A DNA stretch of 64,000 bases, from the NCBI GenBank assembly GCA_038046805.1, contig JBBSVO010000004.1, positions 1-64,000 of the forward strand, written 5' to 3'. This document shows, one piece after another, positions 9,826 to 19,702 of this stretch. A program made the translations under genes and the position numbers. Origin of the DNA: Candidatus Micrarchaeota archaeon. Its GTDB lineage: Archaea; Micrarchaeota; Micrarchaeia; Anstonellales; Bilamarchaeaceae. Below the pieces are notes generated by a model. The model saw only the letters and a program-made list of their open reading frames with translations. It did no database searches and was not told where the DNA came from. The stretch's first letter is position 1. Every line of letters begins with the position of its first letter.

Positions 9826-12510
9826 TTGAAATTTTTTAGCATAGGATGCAATGAGACGCCAGATACGACACAAACAAGGTACGGTATTAGTTCAATCGAA
9901 CCTTTGAAAGAAGGAATACTCGGAGGTTCATTAAGACGCATAACCAAAACAGTGATTAAGGTAGTCGCTGCGACATTGTCATTTTTCTCCATCGGACCAG
10001 CACATTTTGCCTGCTCTTCTGGTTCGAAAAGTTATGCTGGTTCTGACCAAAGCTCGACGCAAAATAAATCCGTAACAAAAACAGGCAAAAATGATAAAAA
10101 CGGAAAGGCAGTTTTTGAGGCAAATGGAAAAACCTATGAAATAAACCTTTATGCTCGGGAGACCGGTGAGTCCGTTTCAGGTGTTGATATTATATTCTCA
10201 ATAAAGGGAGAAGGTGGGTTTTACGTTGTTTTGGATTCCAGTGGAGTTTATGTTCCAAGGCTTGCTGGCTTGGGACCAGTCATGGATGAAAAATCAGATT
10301 CTTCAGCCACAAAAAAGGTAAGCAATGTCGTCATGTTTAAACAAGGTGGCATCTGTCAGTTGCCAGCGAGTCTTTTTTCAACTGTTGACCTTTCAAGCGA
10401 AGAAGGGATGATGCAATTGGACAAATGGCATGAGGAATTGAAAAAAGATGAGGATGCAAAAAATCCGTTAACTGAAAATTTCAAAAAAGACGACGAAATT
10501 GTTACGTTGGCAGAGCTCAACGACAAAATATCGGAGTCTCTTCAGCATGTTGGAGGAGACGTTTCTGCAAGAGCCCTGCCAGCTATTGCGCTTTATTTTG
10601 GCTTCAAGAAAGTTGGAAAAGCAGTAGCAGGTTTACTCAACAAGGCAAATTTAGCACTTTTTGTTGCAGATCTGTGTGCTACTTCTGAAAAGCTTGACTG
10701 GGCAGGTGTTTATTATGGTTTGTGTTATTCTGATTTTGATAAATTTGAGATATGGAAATTTAAATATACTAATCTTGAAATAAAACCATTAATCCAAAAT
10801 CCGTTCTTCCTTGTACTTCCTGCTGAGAGCAAGCAGGGTTGGTCACCTCCTGTTGCGTGGATAAGTGGCAAAGTCGTATATGAATCACCTGAAGAGCAGT
10901 TTTTTGGCATGTTTTATTCTGAAGTGGAACTAAAGCATGTTGATGGCAAGCTTCCAACGATTAAGTCGGAAACCCCACTTTTTTATCCTGGGATACCTGA
11001 AACCACATTCTCGTTTGTGGCAAGCGCGTGCGGGAACATAAATCCGACCTACGATATAGGTATCCCTTCGTGGGGTTATTCTGATTCTCTTCATCCCAAG
11101 ACAACCCTGACGGTAAAAGATAAGGAAGAATATGCTGTAAATTTCTACATAAATGAAGACTGCGGGACAAGCCCGCTAAAACAGTATGTCGTGTCCTACG
11201 AGGACAAAGACAAGGATGGCTTTGGAAACAAATACAAGATCGCAGTTTCATGCGGTGAAGTTGAGGGGTATGTCGAGAATGGAGTCGATTGTGATGACAA
11301 GGATATCGGGATATTTCCTGAAAAATGTGGTCAAAATGGCGACAATTGTAATGGTGGTTTCATAGAAGGAGAATGTTCTAAAGTCAAATTACTTGCAAAA
11401 CGTTCGTCGTGGATGAGCTGTCCCGCGATTGATTTGGATGGGAATGTCTATCTTTGTGAATTTTTTTCCGATCTTCATTCTATGACTCCATTTCTTCAGA
11501 AGAAATGGGACTTGAAACTGGAAGGCGGTTGCGCAGGACAACCATCTGTTTCTAGTTCCGGGGCCATATACGTCTATGATATGGGAGATAATATATATTC
11601 AGTAAATCCAGATGGTTCTATTATCTGGAAACTTAATGTGGAAAACAAACTCCAAGCCTCCATACTGTACGGCCAGCTTGGTATCGCATCGGATGAAATG
11701 TTATATGCTTTGAGTTGCTCTTCATCTAGCACACCAGATATATTTTCTATAACTGGCACCGGAGCAATTAGTTGGAGTAAGTCCTTTGGTACTGTAACCT
11801 GTCTTTCCTCTTTGATATTGGATGCAACTCGAGTCTACGCAGAGTCGGTTTCAGAGCTGTTGGCATTAGACTATTCTGGCGAGGTAATCTGGAATTCTTA
11901 TACTCATAGTGGTTACAGTGGCATGTCTACGGGCATGTCCATATCAGATGATGGCACTTTATACGCATCCTCAACAACTGGATTGAGAGTGTTTGATCAG
12001 GATGGGAATATAAAATGGGAATTTGCCGATGGGATTCTGGAGGCCCCGCCTTCAATAGACAACGAAGGAAACCTCTATTTTGGTGTGAACATTGCATTTA
12101 CTGAATACCGTTTCTATTCATTAAACAAAGACGGTTCGTTACGTTGGACATTCAAAGCCGATTCTATGGGGCCGTACCAAACATCTGACAACCCACCAAT
12201 TCAGCCAACGCTCTCTGCGGATGGATCAATATACTTTCCTGTGAGAAAAGGGGTGTACTCATTGACCGAAAGCGGAGACCTGAATTGGTTTGTAACTACA
12301 GATGGTGAGATATACTGTCCAATCTCTGTCTCGCAGGACGGTTTAGTATATATAAAAAGTGGCGAATCTATGACGGGAAATGAGATTTATATATTCGAGG
12401 GTTCCTCTCCTTTGATAAATTCCCCGTGGCCTATGTCCCGCCATGACCCCCAGAATTCCGGGAATGCGGATTTTCCGATAGGTGGCAATAAAGATTCCAA
12501 GCAAAAATGA
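9826..12510 (+). CDS. Large secreted protein with DxDxDG/CDD (MopE-related) motif and C-terminal PQQ-like beta-propeller
   Basis: Repeated DG..KW/W-x-F blades, terminal SPWPMSRHDPQNSG, and YEDKDKDGFG...DCDD motif; start codon uncertain. Confidence 0.75.
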   Translation: MKFFSIGCNETPDTTQTRYGISSIEPLKEGILGGSLRRITKTVIKVVAATLSFFSIGPAHFACSSGSKSYAGSDQSSTQNKSVTKTGKNDKNGKAVFEANGKTYEINLYARETGESVSGVDIIFSIKGEGGFYVVLDSSGVYVPRLAGLGPVMDEKSDSSATKKVSNVVMFKQGGICQLPASLFSTVDLSSEEGMMQLDKWHEELKKDEDAKNPLTENFKKDDEIVTLAELNDKISESLQHVGGDVSARALPAIALYFGFKKVGKAVAGLLNKANLALFVADLCATSEKLDWAGVYYGLCYSDFDKFEIWKFKYTNLEIKPLIQNPFFLVLPAESKQGWSPPVAWISGKVVYESPEEQFFGMFYSEVELKHVDGKLPTIKSETPLFYPGIPETTFSFVASACGNINPTYDIGIPSWGYSDSLHPKTTLTVKDKEEYAVNFYINEDCGTSPLKQYVVSYEDKDKDGFGNKYKIAVSCGEVEGYVENGVDCDDKDIGIFPEKCGQNGDNCNGGFIEGECSKVKLLAKRSSWMSCPAIDLDGNVYLCEFFSDLHSMTPFLQKKWDLKLEGGCAGQPSVSSSGAIYVYDMGDNIYSVNPDGSIIWKLNVENKLQASILYGQLGIASDEMLYALSCSSSSTPDIFSITGTGAISWSKSFGTVTCLSSLILDATRVYAESVSELLALDYSGEVIWNSYTHSGYSGMSTGMSISDDGTLYASSTTGLRVFDQDGNIKWEFADGILEAPPSIDNEGNLYFGVNIAFTEYRFYSLNKDGSLRWTFKADSMGPYQTSDNPPIQPTLSADGSIYFPVRKGVYSLTESGDLNWFVTTDGEIYCPISVSQDGLVYIKSGESMTGNEIYIFEGSSPLINSPWPMSRHDPQNSGNADFPIGGNKDSKQK

Positions 12511-12531
12511 AATTGTATACGAGTGCTTTTT

Positions 12532-13818
12532 ATGTGCTATTCAATTCCTGGTAAAGTCGTAGGCAAGAGCGGCAAATTGGTTACCATAGACTATTTTGGA
12601 GAGAAGAAAACCGCTTCTGACATCTCTGGCCTGTGCACTGCTGGCGATTATGTTTATGCTCAGGGCGGGGTAGTTGTTGATACAATTTCTGAAGAAGAAG
12701 CGAAACATGTTCTTATTGGATGGAAGGATAAATTTGTCAAGTTATACAGAAAAGATATTGCTCAATCTAAAACTCAAGCTGATTCTTCTGTGCTAGGTTC
12801 AATTCTCTCAAAATGTTCTAAAGGAGAATCACTTACTGGAACTGAGTTAACCCATATATTTGGCATAACCGACGATTCGGATTTACGCTCACTGTATTCA
12901 TTCGCTAACAAAATCCGTCATGACACGTTGAAAAATTCCTGTTGTGTCCATGGGATAATCGAATTTTCCAATAATTGTAAAATGAATTGCCATTATTGCG
13001 GCATTCGTTGCGGAAATGAAAAATTAATCCGTTATCGAATGAACAAAGCCGAGATTGTTGATTGCGCTGTCCGGGCCGTCCGCGAGCTTGGCTTCCGCGC
13101 GCTTGTTCTTCAGTCTGGGGAAGATTCGTATTACACTACGGAAATTCTTTGCGAAATCGTTTCCGAAATAAAAAAACACTGTGGGGTTCTTTTGTTTTTG
13201 AGCATCGGGGAACGGCCATTTGAGGATTATGTGCGGCTTTATGATGCTGGTGCTTACGGTTGCCTGATGCGGTTTGAAACATCCAACAAGAACATTTACG
13301 AGCAGATCCGTCCTGGAAGAAATCTGTCCGATCGGATTTCACTCATAAAATCCCTGATTGGCCATGGCTATGTTATGGCAACCGGTTTTCTTATCGGGCT
13401 TCCGGGAGAAACTATTCAGGACATAATAAACAATATTCTCCTCACCCGCTCGCTAAAGCCGGAGATGTATTCTTTTGGACCGTTTATTCCGCATCAAGAT
13501 ACTCCGCTCGCTTCCAGTCCGTGCATTTCCGCTGAGCTGGCACTGAAAACAATCGCAGTTTCCAGACTTCTTGATCCGCAGGCAAAGATTCTCGTGACCA
13601 GCGCGCTTGAAACTCTTGACAAAAATGCGAAGAGACGCGGACTTCTCGCAGGTGCGAATTCACTTATGATAAATGTTACCCCGCAAAATTATCGTTTGAA
13701 TTATTCCATTTATCCGAATCGTTCCGGAACTGATATTCAAACGCAAGACGCTATACGCGAAACGCTGAATCTTTTGGAGAAACTAGGGCGAGCACCTACA
13801 GATTTAAGCTTATCCTGA
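12532..13818 (+). CDS. HypC-domain / HydE-like radical SAM fusion
   Basis: Starts MCYSIPGKVV...DYFG...GDYVYAQGG (HypC/HupF); CKMNCHYC; LVLQSGED, RFETS, GPFIPHQDTPL, GANSLM, YSIYP (HydE-like). Confidence 0.85.
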   Translation: MCYSIPGKVVGKSGKLVTIDYFGEKKTASDISGLCTAGDYVYAQGGVVVDTISEEEAKHVLIGWKDKFVKLYRKDIAQSKTQADSSVLGSILSKCSKGESLTGTELTHIFGITDDSDLRSLYSFANKIRHDTLKNSCCVHGIIEFSNNCKMNCHYCGIRCGNEKLIRYRMNKAEIVDCAVRAVRELGFRALVLQSGEDSYYTTEILCEIVSEIKKHCGVLLFLSIGERPFEDYVRLYDAGAYGCLMRFETSNKNIYEQIRPGRNLSDRISLIKSLIGHGYVMATGFLIGLPGETIQDIINNILLTRSLKPEMYSFGPFIPHQDTPLASSPCISAELALKTIAVSRLLDPQAKILVTSALETLDKNAKRRGLLAGANSLMINVTPQNYRLNYSIYPNRSGTDIQTQDAIRETLNLLEKLGRAPTDLSLS

Positions 13819-13992
13819 GACAAGAATGTTTTCCAGTGAACTTCGTTCATTGTCTCTCCAGAAGCTTTGCTTCTGAAGATCTTGTCTCAATCTATACTGA
13901 ACCAACGGCATAAAATTAAGAGTAAATCGGAAAAACTTATTTGGTTCAGTATAAGGAGCGAGAGACGAGCTGGTTAAGACGAGCTGGTTATA

Positions 13993-15393
13993 ATGTCATT
14001 CATCAACGAAAAACAAATTTTTGATTCTCTGGAAAGAAATGCGAAATCCTCTGAATCAGAGCTGACCGCGATCTTATCCAAGGCGCTTTTGCTCAAAGGC
14101 CTCACGCTTGACGAGACTGCAGCGCTATTAAATTGCCGCGAGGTTGCATTCACAGAAAAATTATTCTCCACCGCGCGAACGGTAAAGGAAAAAATCTACG
14201 GAAACCGTCTTGTTTTCTTTGCACCGCTTTATCTTTCGAACGAATGCATAAACAATTGCCTTTACTGCGCGTTCCGCAAGGATAATACCCTGCTTGAACG
14301 AAAAACCCTGTCAATGGAAGAAATCCGCAGCGAGACTGCGGCACTTGAATCTCAGGGTCACAAGCGCCTTCTTCTTGTTGCAGGGGAACACCCAAAATCC
14401 GCGAACGTGGAATATGTCACAGAGGCAATTCGCACTGTTTACTCTACAAAAAATCCAAAAACCAATGGCGAAATCCGCCGCGTCAATATCAACGTAGCGC
14501 CGCTTTCTGTTGAGGATTTCCGCAAACTAAAAGAAGCTGGCATCGGAACTTACCAGTTATTCCAGGAAACTTATCATCATGAAACCTATAAGAAAATGCA
14601 TCCGAGCGGCCCAAAATCAGATTATGATTGGCGTATCTCAGTAATGGGTCGCGCGCAGGAAGCAGGCATTGATGATGTAGGGATCGGAGCATTGTTCGGC
14701 TTGTTCGATTACCGCTTTGAAGTCCTTGCACTTCTCCAACATTCGCAGCATCTTGAAGAAGTTTGGGGTGTTGGTCCACATACGATATCTGTCCCAAGAA
14801 TCGAACCTGCATTCAATATTCCGCTTGCAACTGCGCCTCCGGCACCTGTTTCGGATTTTGATTTTAAGAGAATTATTGCAATTCTTCGTCTTGCCGTTCC
14901 TTACACTGGGATAATCCTTTCAACGCGGGAGCGTGCGGATTTTCGGGATGAATCCTTTCAGCTTGGGGTTTCACAAATCAGCGCCGGTTCGCGCACAGAC
15001 CCGGGAGCATATTCGAAAAATTCAGCAAAGGAAAAGGCAGCTGCGGCTCAATTTAGCCTTGGAGACCATCGCTCGCTAGCCGAAGTCATTAGAGGAATCT
15101 CAAAAAACGGTTTTTTTCCAAGTTTTTGTACGGCATGTTATCGCCTTGGACGAACAGGAAAAGATTTCATGGTTCTTGCCAAGCCAGGTTTTATTCAGAA
15201 TTACTGCACCCCGAACTGCATCCTCACATTCAAGGAGTATCTTCTTGATTACTGCGGAAATACTGATGATCTCGCTAAAGGGGAAAAATTAATCGAATCC
15301 GAACTCGAAAAGATAACAAATAAGAATTTGAAAAAAGAGGTAATGGAAAAATTAAAAGAAATAGAAAAAGGGAAACGGGATTTGTATTTCTGA
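13993..15393 (+). CDS. hydG: [FeFe]-hydrogenase H-cluster radical SAM maturase HydG
   Basis: FAPLYLSNECINNCLYC, GPHTISVPR, and C-terminal CTAC-x22-C auxiliary cluster motif (absent from ThiH). Confidence 0.92.
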   Translation: MSFINEKQIFDSLERNAKSSESELTAILSKALLLKGLTLDETAALLNCREVAFTEKLFSTARTVKEKIYGNRLVFFAPLYLSNECINNCLYCAFRKDNTLLERKTLSMEEIRSETAALESQGHKRLLLVAGEHPKSANVEYVTEAIRTVYSTKNPKTNGEIRRVNINVAPLSVEDFRKLKEAGIGTYQLFQETYHHETYKKMHPSGPKSDYDWRISVMGRAQEAGIDDVGIGALFGLFDYRFEVLALLQHSQHLEEVWGVGPHTISVPRIEPAFNIPLATAPPAPVSDFDFKRIIAILRLAVPYTGIILSTRERADFRDESFQLGVSQISAGSRTDPGAYSKNSAKEKAAAAQFSLGDHRSLAEVIRGISKNGFFPSFCTACYRLGRTGKDFMVLAKPGFIQNYCTPNCILTFKEYLLDYCGNTDDLAKGEKLIESELEKITNKNLKKEVMEKLKEIEKGKRDLYF

Positions 15394-15413
15394 TTGCTAT
15401 TAGATACAGGCTT

Positions 15414-15950
15414 TTAGCTCACATATATCTTCGTTCCCAGTTCTGTATTGCAAACAAGTTCTTTCCCGATCTTTGTACAGGGCCTGCTTTGCTTATTGAT
15501 AATCGCCCCGTATTCCTCCTCGCTTTTTGCATTTTCTGAATATGGTTGGTGTGTTTTAACAGTCCACTTTAACACGACAACATTATCTGGTGAAAGTGCG
15601 CCGAGATTTATAGGGCAATCCAGGATCATCTTTAGATTAGAGCCTTCCATTGTTGCAAGTTTCTTCCAGCACCCGGCATCGTTTTGATTTGCTACGCCGT
15701 CCCCGCTTTTCGTTCCAATAAGAATCTGTGGGGAAGTTGCATCAAAATTAATTGATTCTATTGCATTTTTTACACTGCCTTCAATAATTACCTGATTCGT
15801 GCTAAGCTTGGCCGAACTGCATTTTAAAATATCAGAAGGCGTGCATAAACTCTGAAATCCACCCTCTATAGTATAACCTGGTGGTAACACGTTTAACATT
15901 GCCATAAACAGTATAAATCCCCCGATAGACACGACAAGTTTTTCTGACAT
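15414..15950 (-). CDS. Hypothetical exported protein
   Basis: N-terminal hydrophobic segment and Cys pairs. Confidence 0.55.
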   Translation of the reverse strand: MSEKLVVSIGGFILFMAMLNVLPPGYTIEGGFQSLCTPSDILKCSSAKLSTNQVIIEGSVKNAIESINFDATSPQILIGTKSGDGVANQNDAGCWKKLATMEGSNLKMILDCPINLGALSPDNVVVLKWTVKTHQPYSENAKSEEEYGAIINKQSRPCTKIGKELVCNTELGTKIYVS

Positions 15951-15982
15951 GCATATGCTCTCGCCCTTTATATTTTTAAGGA

Positions 15983-16498
15983 TTATAGGTAGGTCGTAAT
16001 TTCACCCAGATGCTTTCTCTTTCGCTCTTTTGGTGTCTCTGCCGGATACCCAATCGGAATTATTGCGATTGGTTCCTCGTGCGGTTTTGCCCCAACTAAT
16101 TCTGCAATTTCGTGCGGTTCAAACGCGCCAACCCAGACGCTTCCTAGTCCAAGCGCGGTTGCCGCAAGCTGTGAATGAGCCGCGGCTATAGTGGCGTCTT
16201 GAATAGAATATAAATCCGCTCCGCGTTTGCCATACTTTCTTTCGGATATACTTTTGTCTGCCAGAAATACGAGCACAACGGATGCGTCTGTAATGAATTC
16301 CTGTTCATGCGATGCAGTTGCGAGTTTTTGTTTTAATTCCGGATTCTTGACCACAACAATGCGATATGCCTGAAGGTTTCCAGCAGAAGGTGCGAGATTT
16401 ACAGTCTTGAGTACTGAGTCTAGAGTTTTGTTATCTATTTCTTTATTCAGAAATGATCGAACCGAACGCCTTTTTTCAATAGTTTCAAAAAAGTCCAT
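15983..16498 (-). CDS. Nitroreductase family protein
   Basis: RRSVRSF, APSAGNLQ, ALGLGSVWVG, IGYP. Confidence 0.92.
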   Translation of the reverse strand: MDFFETIEKRRSVRSFLNKEIDNKTLDSVLKTVNLAPSAGNLQAYRIVVVKNPELKQKLATASHEQEFITDASVVLVFLADKSISERKYGKRGADLYSIQDATIAAAHSQLAATALGLGSVWVGAFEPHEIAELVGAKPHEEPIAIIPIGYPAETPKERKRKHLGEITTYL

Positions 16499-16728
16499 GA
16501 ATTCTATTCATACAGCGAACCTCAAAAATATTTCGGTTCGCAGTCTATCAAACCAACCTTTAGGAAGTTGTATTAAACTCCGAAAAACTTTGTTGGTTCG
16601 ATATAGTTAATAATTAAGAAAATTTGCAAAACCAAAATCCAAAAAGAAAAACGCGGAAAAAATCCGAAAACAAATCAAGAACTTATATTTTACTCCTACT
16701 GGACCTATTTAGCCAATTACTTAGCTAT

Positions 16729-16881
16729 TTAGAATCTTCGTGGGGGCCTGTGTTTTGAGTAACAAGCTCTGCAGTATACCGGTCTTCCTTCCGTTGGTTG
16801 GAAAGGGACTTGGCATGTCTGACCGCAGTCAGAGCATGTGGCATCATACATTGGCCTGTCTCCTCTATCTCCTCTATCCAT
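16729..16881 (-). CDS. CxxC-x17-CxxC zinc-ribbon protein (50 aa, not in ORF track)
   Basis: Translated by hand: MDRGDRGDRPMYDATCSDCGQTCQVPFQPTEGRPVYCRACYSKHRPPRRF; GAGGT SD. Confidence 0.9.
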   Translation of the reverse strand: MDRGDRGDRPMYDATCSDCGQTCQVPFQPTEGRPVYCRACYSKHRPPRRF

Positions 16882-17067
16882 TTTTATACCTCTATTTTAT
16901 ATTTTTTCACCGCAAACTTCTGCTTGCGGTTCCACTCTTTCACAAAAGATAAAAGAATCCGGTTTCGTTATTCACTTCCCCTTCTACTCCCATCTCTTAT
17001 AAAAAAGTAAGTATATACTGTTGTAACTTGTATTTAAACTTATGTATTCATCGTTTCTTTAGGTTTT

Positions 17068-17979
17068 ATGGAGATTAGGACACGAGGAGAAGCCTGCGGT
17101 AAGGTTATCCTTTTTGGAGAGCATTTCGTTGTTCATGGGGTGCCTGCAATAGCTGCCGGAATATCAAATAAGACCACGGTTGAAGTTGAACCTTCATCAG
17201 AAATGCTTTTTATTCCTGGAAATCAGCGGACAATCCCTGAACTTACGTACCGTTCAATAAACAACGTGCTTTCAGCTATGGGCATTAAGGGGAATTTCAA
17301 GGTAACTCTTGGCGGAGATCTTCCAACTGCGGGTGGTCTTGGTTCTTCAGCAGCGTTTTGCGTAGCACTTGCAATCGCGTTTGCAAAACAAGCTGGGTTA
17401 ACGCTTTCAAAAGAGCAAATCAACAATTTTGCCTATGAAGGTGAAAAGGCATTTCATGGTAATCCATCTGGTATAGACAACGTTCTGGCCACCTATGGTG
17501 GGGTAATGACATATACTCGTGGAACAACTTCGAAAGAGAATAAATTTGAGCCGCTTCGCACTGTCGGGCGGTTTTATCTCACTGTCGGAATCACTGGAAA
17601 ATCCAGTCCCACTGTTGCAATGGTTTCAAAGGTTGGGGATTTCAAGAAAACAAAACCAGACGAGTTCGCAGAACTTGCCAAAAAAGCCGAGAAGATTGTT
17701 TCAGAGGCTGAGGATTCGCTCTTTTCCGGAAATATGGAAAGACTCGGTGCGTTGATGAATGAAAACGAACTCCTTCTCGAAGCGCTTGGCGTTGTTTCCG
17801 CGGAAAATATAAAAATAATCAATTCCGCGCGTGGTGCTGGAGCGCTTGGTGCAAAGATAACTGGTGGTGGCGGGGGCGGATGCTGCATTGCCATTGCCAA
17901 GGATAAGACGCATGCGGAACAAATTCTTGTTGCTATAAGAAAAGAAGGGTTTGATGGGTTTATAACTACGGTCGGCTAA
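17068..17979 (+). CDS. mvk: Mevalonate kinase
   Basis: GKVILFGEHFVVHG, GLGSSAA, HGNPSGIDN, GAKITGGGGGGC. Confidence 0.95.
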   Translation: MEIRTRGEACGKVILFGEHFVVHGVPAIAAGISNKTTVEVEPSSEMLFIPGNQRTIPELTYRSINNVLSAMGIKGNFKVTLGGDLPTAGGLGSSAAFCVALAIAFAKQAGLTLSKEQINNFAYEGEKAFHGNPSGIDNVLATYGGVMTYTRGTTSKENKFEPLRTVGRFYLTVGITGKSSPTVAMVSKVGDFKKTKPDEFAELAKKAEKIVSEAEDSLFSGNMERLGALMNENELLLEALGVVSAENIKIINSARGAGALGAKITGGGGGGCCIAIAKDKTHAEQILVAIRKEGFDGFITTVG

Positions 17980-18628
17980 ATATGGACTGCCCATATCTGC
18001 ATATTCTCCTTATTTTACATTCCGCGCATTTTGGCTTCCTTGAAAGGCAAACTGTTTGCCCATACGCGACAAGCGTGCGGTTGAATTTTCTTTTTAGTTT
18101 TTCCGGGACGAGTTTGTTCAGCCTTTTTTCAGTTTCTTCCGGCCGCTTAGTTTTCACTAATCCGAGCCTGTTCGCGATTCGATGAACATGGACATCAACT
18201 CCGATTGTATTTTTTCTGAATGCACGTGCCAAAACTATGTTTGCTGTTTTTCTTCCAACTCCTAGAAGCGAAAGAAGAGCATCAAATGTATTCGGAACAT
18301 TTCCATTGAGTTCGTTAATCAGTTTTTCCGCAATTCCGCGCAGGTATTTTGCCTTTGTCCTGTAAAATCCGATTCCATAAAGCATTTTTTCGAGCTGTTT
18401 TCTGTCAAGTCGCAATACGTCCACTGGGCTGCTCACTGTGCGGAACAATCTTTTTACTATTGGAATGGTCATCTCGTCCTTTGTCCGTGCGGATAACATT
18501 GTAGAAACAAGAATCCGAAATGGGCTTGCTTTTCCCATCTCTTCGAACCTGAAAACCGGCGCATTTCGTTTCCTTGCCTCGCGTTCCATAAGCCTAAGCA
18601 TTTTCTCAATGTTCATGCCTGCATTCAT
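17966..18628 (-). CDS. nth: Endonuclease III
   Basis: HhH LLGVGRKTAN, VDVHVHR, C-x6-C-x2-C-x5-C. Confidence 0.95.
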   Translation of the reverse strand: MNAGMNIEKMLRLMEREARKRNAPVFRFEEMGKASPFRILVSTMLSARTKDEMTIPIVKRLFRTVSSPVDVLRLDRKQLEKMLYGIGFYRTKAKYLRGIAEKLINELNGNVPNTFDALLSLLGVGRKTANIVLARAFRKNTIGVDVHVHRIANRLGLVKTKRPEETEKRLNKLVPEKLKRKFNRTLVAYGQTVCLSRKPKCAECKIRRICRYGQSIFSRP

Positions 18629-18678
18629 GTTTAAGCTTCAGCGTTAGTTTATTATATGTTTTCCGCATCTTTTAAATC

Positions 18679-19686
18679 ATGGAAACAACGAAAAGCACTG
18701 CAATTGCTAATTCAAATATCGCAGTCATCAAGTATTGGGGTAAGCGGGATGATAAGCTAAATCTTCCTACAAACAATAGTATTTCATTCACAATGGATGA
18801 CCAGCTTCAGACGATAACCACTGTTGAGTTTGACGAGTCTCTGCGTCAGGATGAACTGAAGCTTAACGATCATCATGCGACCTCAAAGGAAACAGAGAGA
18901 GTGTCTTCTTTTTTGGATATTGTCAGGAAAATGGCGAAAACAAGAACATGTGCCAAAGTCGTCTCAAAAAATTCGTTTCCAAAATCCGCAGGCCTTGCAT
19001 CATCTGCATCAGGATTTGCAGCATTAGCTGGCGCAGCCAGTAGGGCGGCAGGCCTAAACCTCTCCCTTCGCGAGCTGTCAATTCTCGCAAGATATGGAAG
19101 CGGTTCTGCATCCCGTTCGATTTTTGGAGGTGCAGTCGAATGGTTAGCTGGAAAAAAGAAGAACGGAAGTGATTCTTATTCGGTTCAACTTTCTCCATCG
19201 GAAAAATGGACTCATCTGCGGAACGTAATTGCGGTCGTTTCTGAATCCGAAAAAAAGATTAGTTCGGTCGAGGGAATGAGGCGCCTAAAATCCTCCTCGT
19301 TATTCAAGTCTCGTTTGGAATCGGTTGGAAAGCGGCTCAACACAGTCAGAAACGCGATAAAATTCGGGAAATTTGAAGACGCAGCAATTCCAATAATGCA
19401 GGACAGTGATAATATGCACGCAGTGATGCTGGATTGCTGGCCACCAGTGCGTTATCTGACAGATATATCATTCGAAATCATAGAAAAAGTTTTGGAATTA
19501 AACGAATCTCACGGAAAAACCATTGCAGCATATACATTCGATGCTGGTCCAAATGCACACGTCTACACTACTGAGAAATATGCACACGAAGTAGAAAGAA
19601 TGCTAAAATACACGGATGGTGTTTTGAGAACCTTAAACTGCAGGATTGGAAATGGAATTCAATTTACAGATAGGGGCCTATTTTGA
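18679..19686 (+). CDS. mvaD: GHMP-family (di)phosphomevalonate decarboxylase
   Basis: NIAVIKYWGKRD, GLASSASGFAAL, GSGSASRS, YTFDAGPNAH; substrate (MVAP vs MVAPP) undetermined. Confidence 0.9.
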   Translation: METTKSTAIANSNIAVIKYWGKRDDKLNLPTNNSISFTMDDQLQTITTVEFDESLRQDELKLNDHHATSKETERVSSFLDIVRKMAKTRTCAKVVSKNSFPKSAGLASSASGFAALAGAASRAAGLNLSLRELSILARYGSGSASRSIFGGAVEWLAGKKKNGSDSYSVQLSPSEKWTHLRNVIAVVSESEKKISSVEGMRRLKSSSLFKSRLESVGKRLNTVRNAIKFGKFEDAAIPIMQDSDNMHAVMLDCWPPVRYLTDISFEIIEKVLELNESHGKTIAAYTFDAGPNAHVYTTEKYAHEVERMLKYTDGVLRTLNCRIGNGIQFTDRGLF

Positions 19687-19702
19687 TTGGCTGATATAAT
19701 TT

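Noticed and set aside
12532..13818. Biotin synthase BioB or PylB annotation
   Set aside because: GPFIPH.DTPL and YxxY motifs plus hydG adjacency favour HydE; no bio or pyl genes nearby. Not formally excluded without phylogeny.
13993..15393. ThiH (thiamine synthesis) annotation
   Set aside because: The C-terminal CxxC-x22-C motif and adjacent HydE-like gene indicate HydG; no thi genes nearby.
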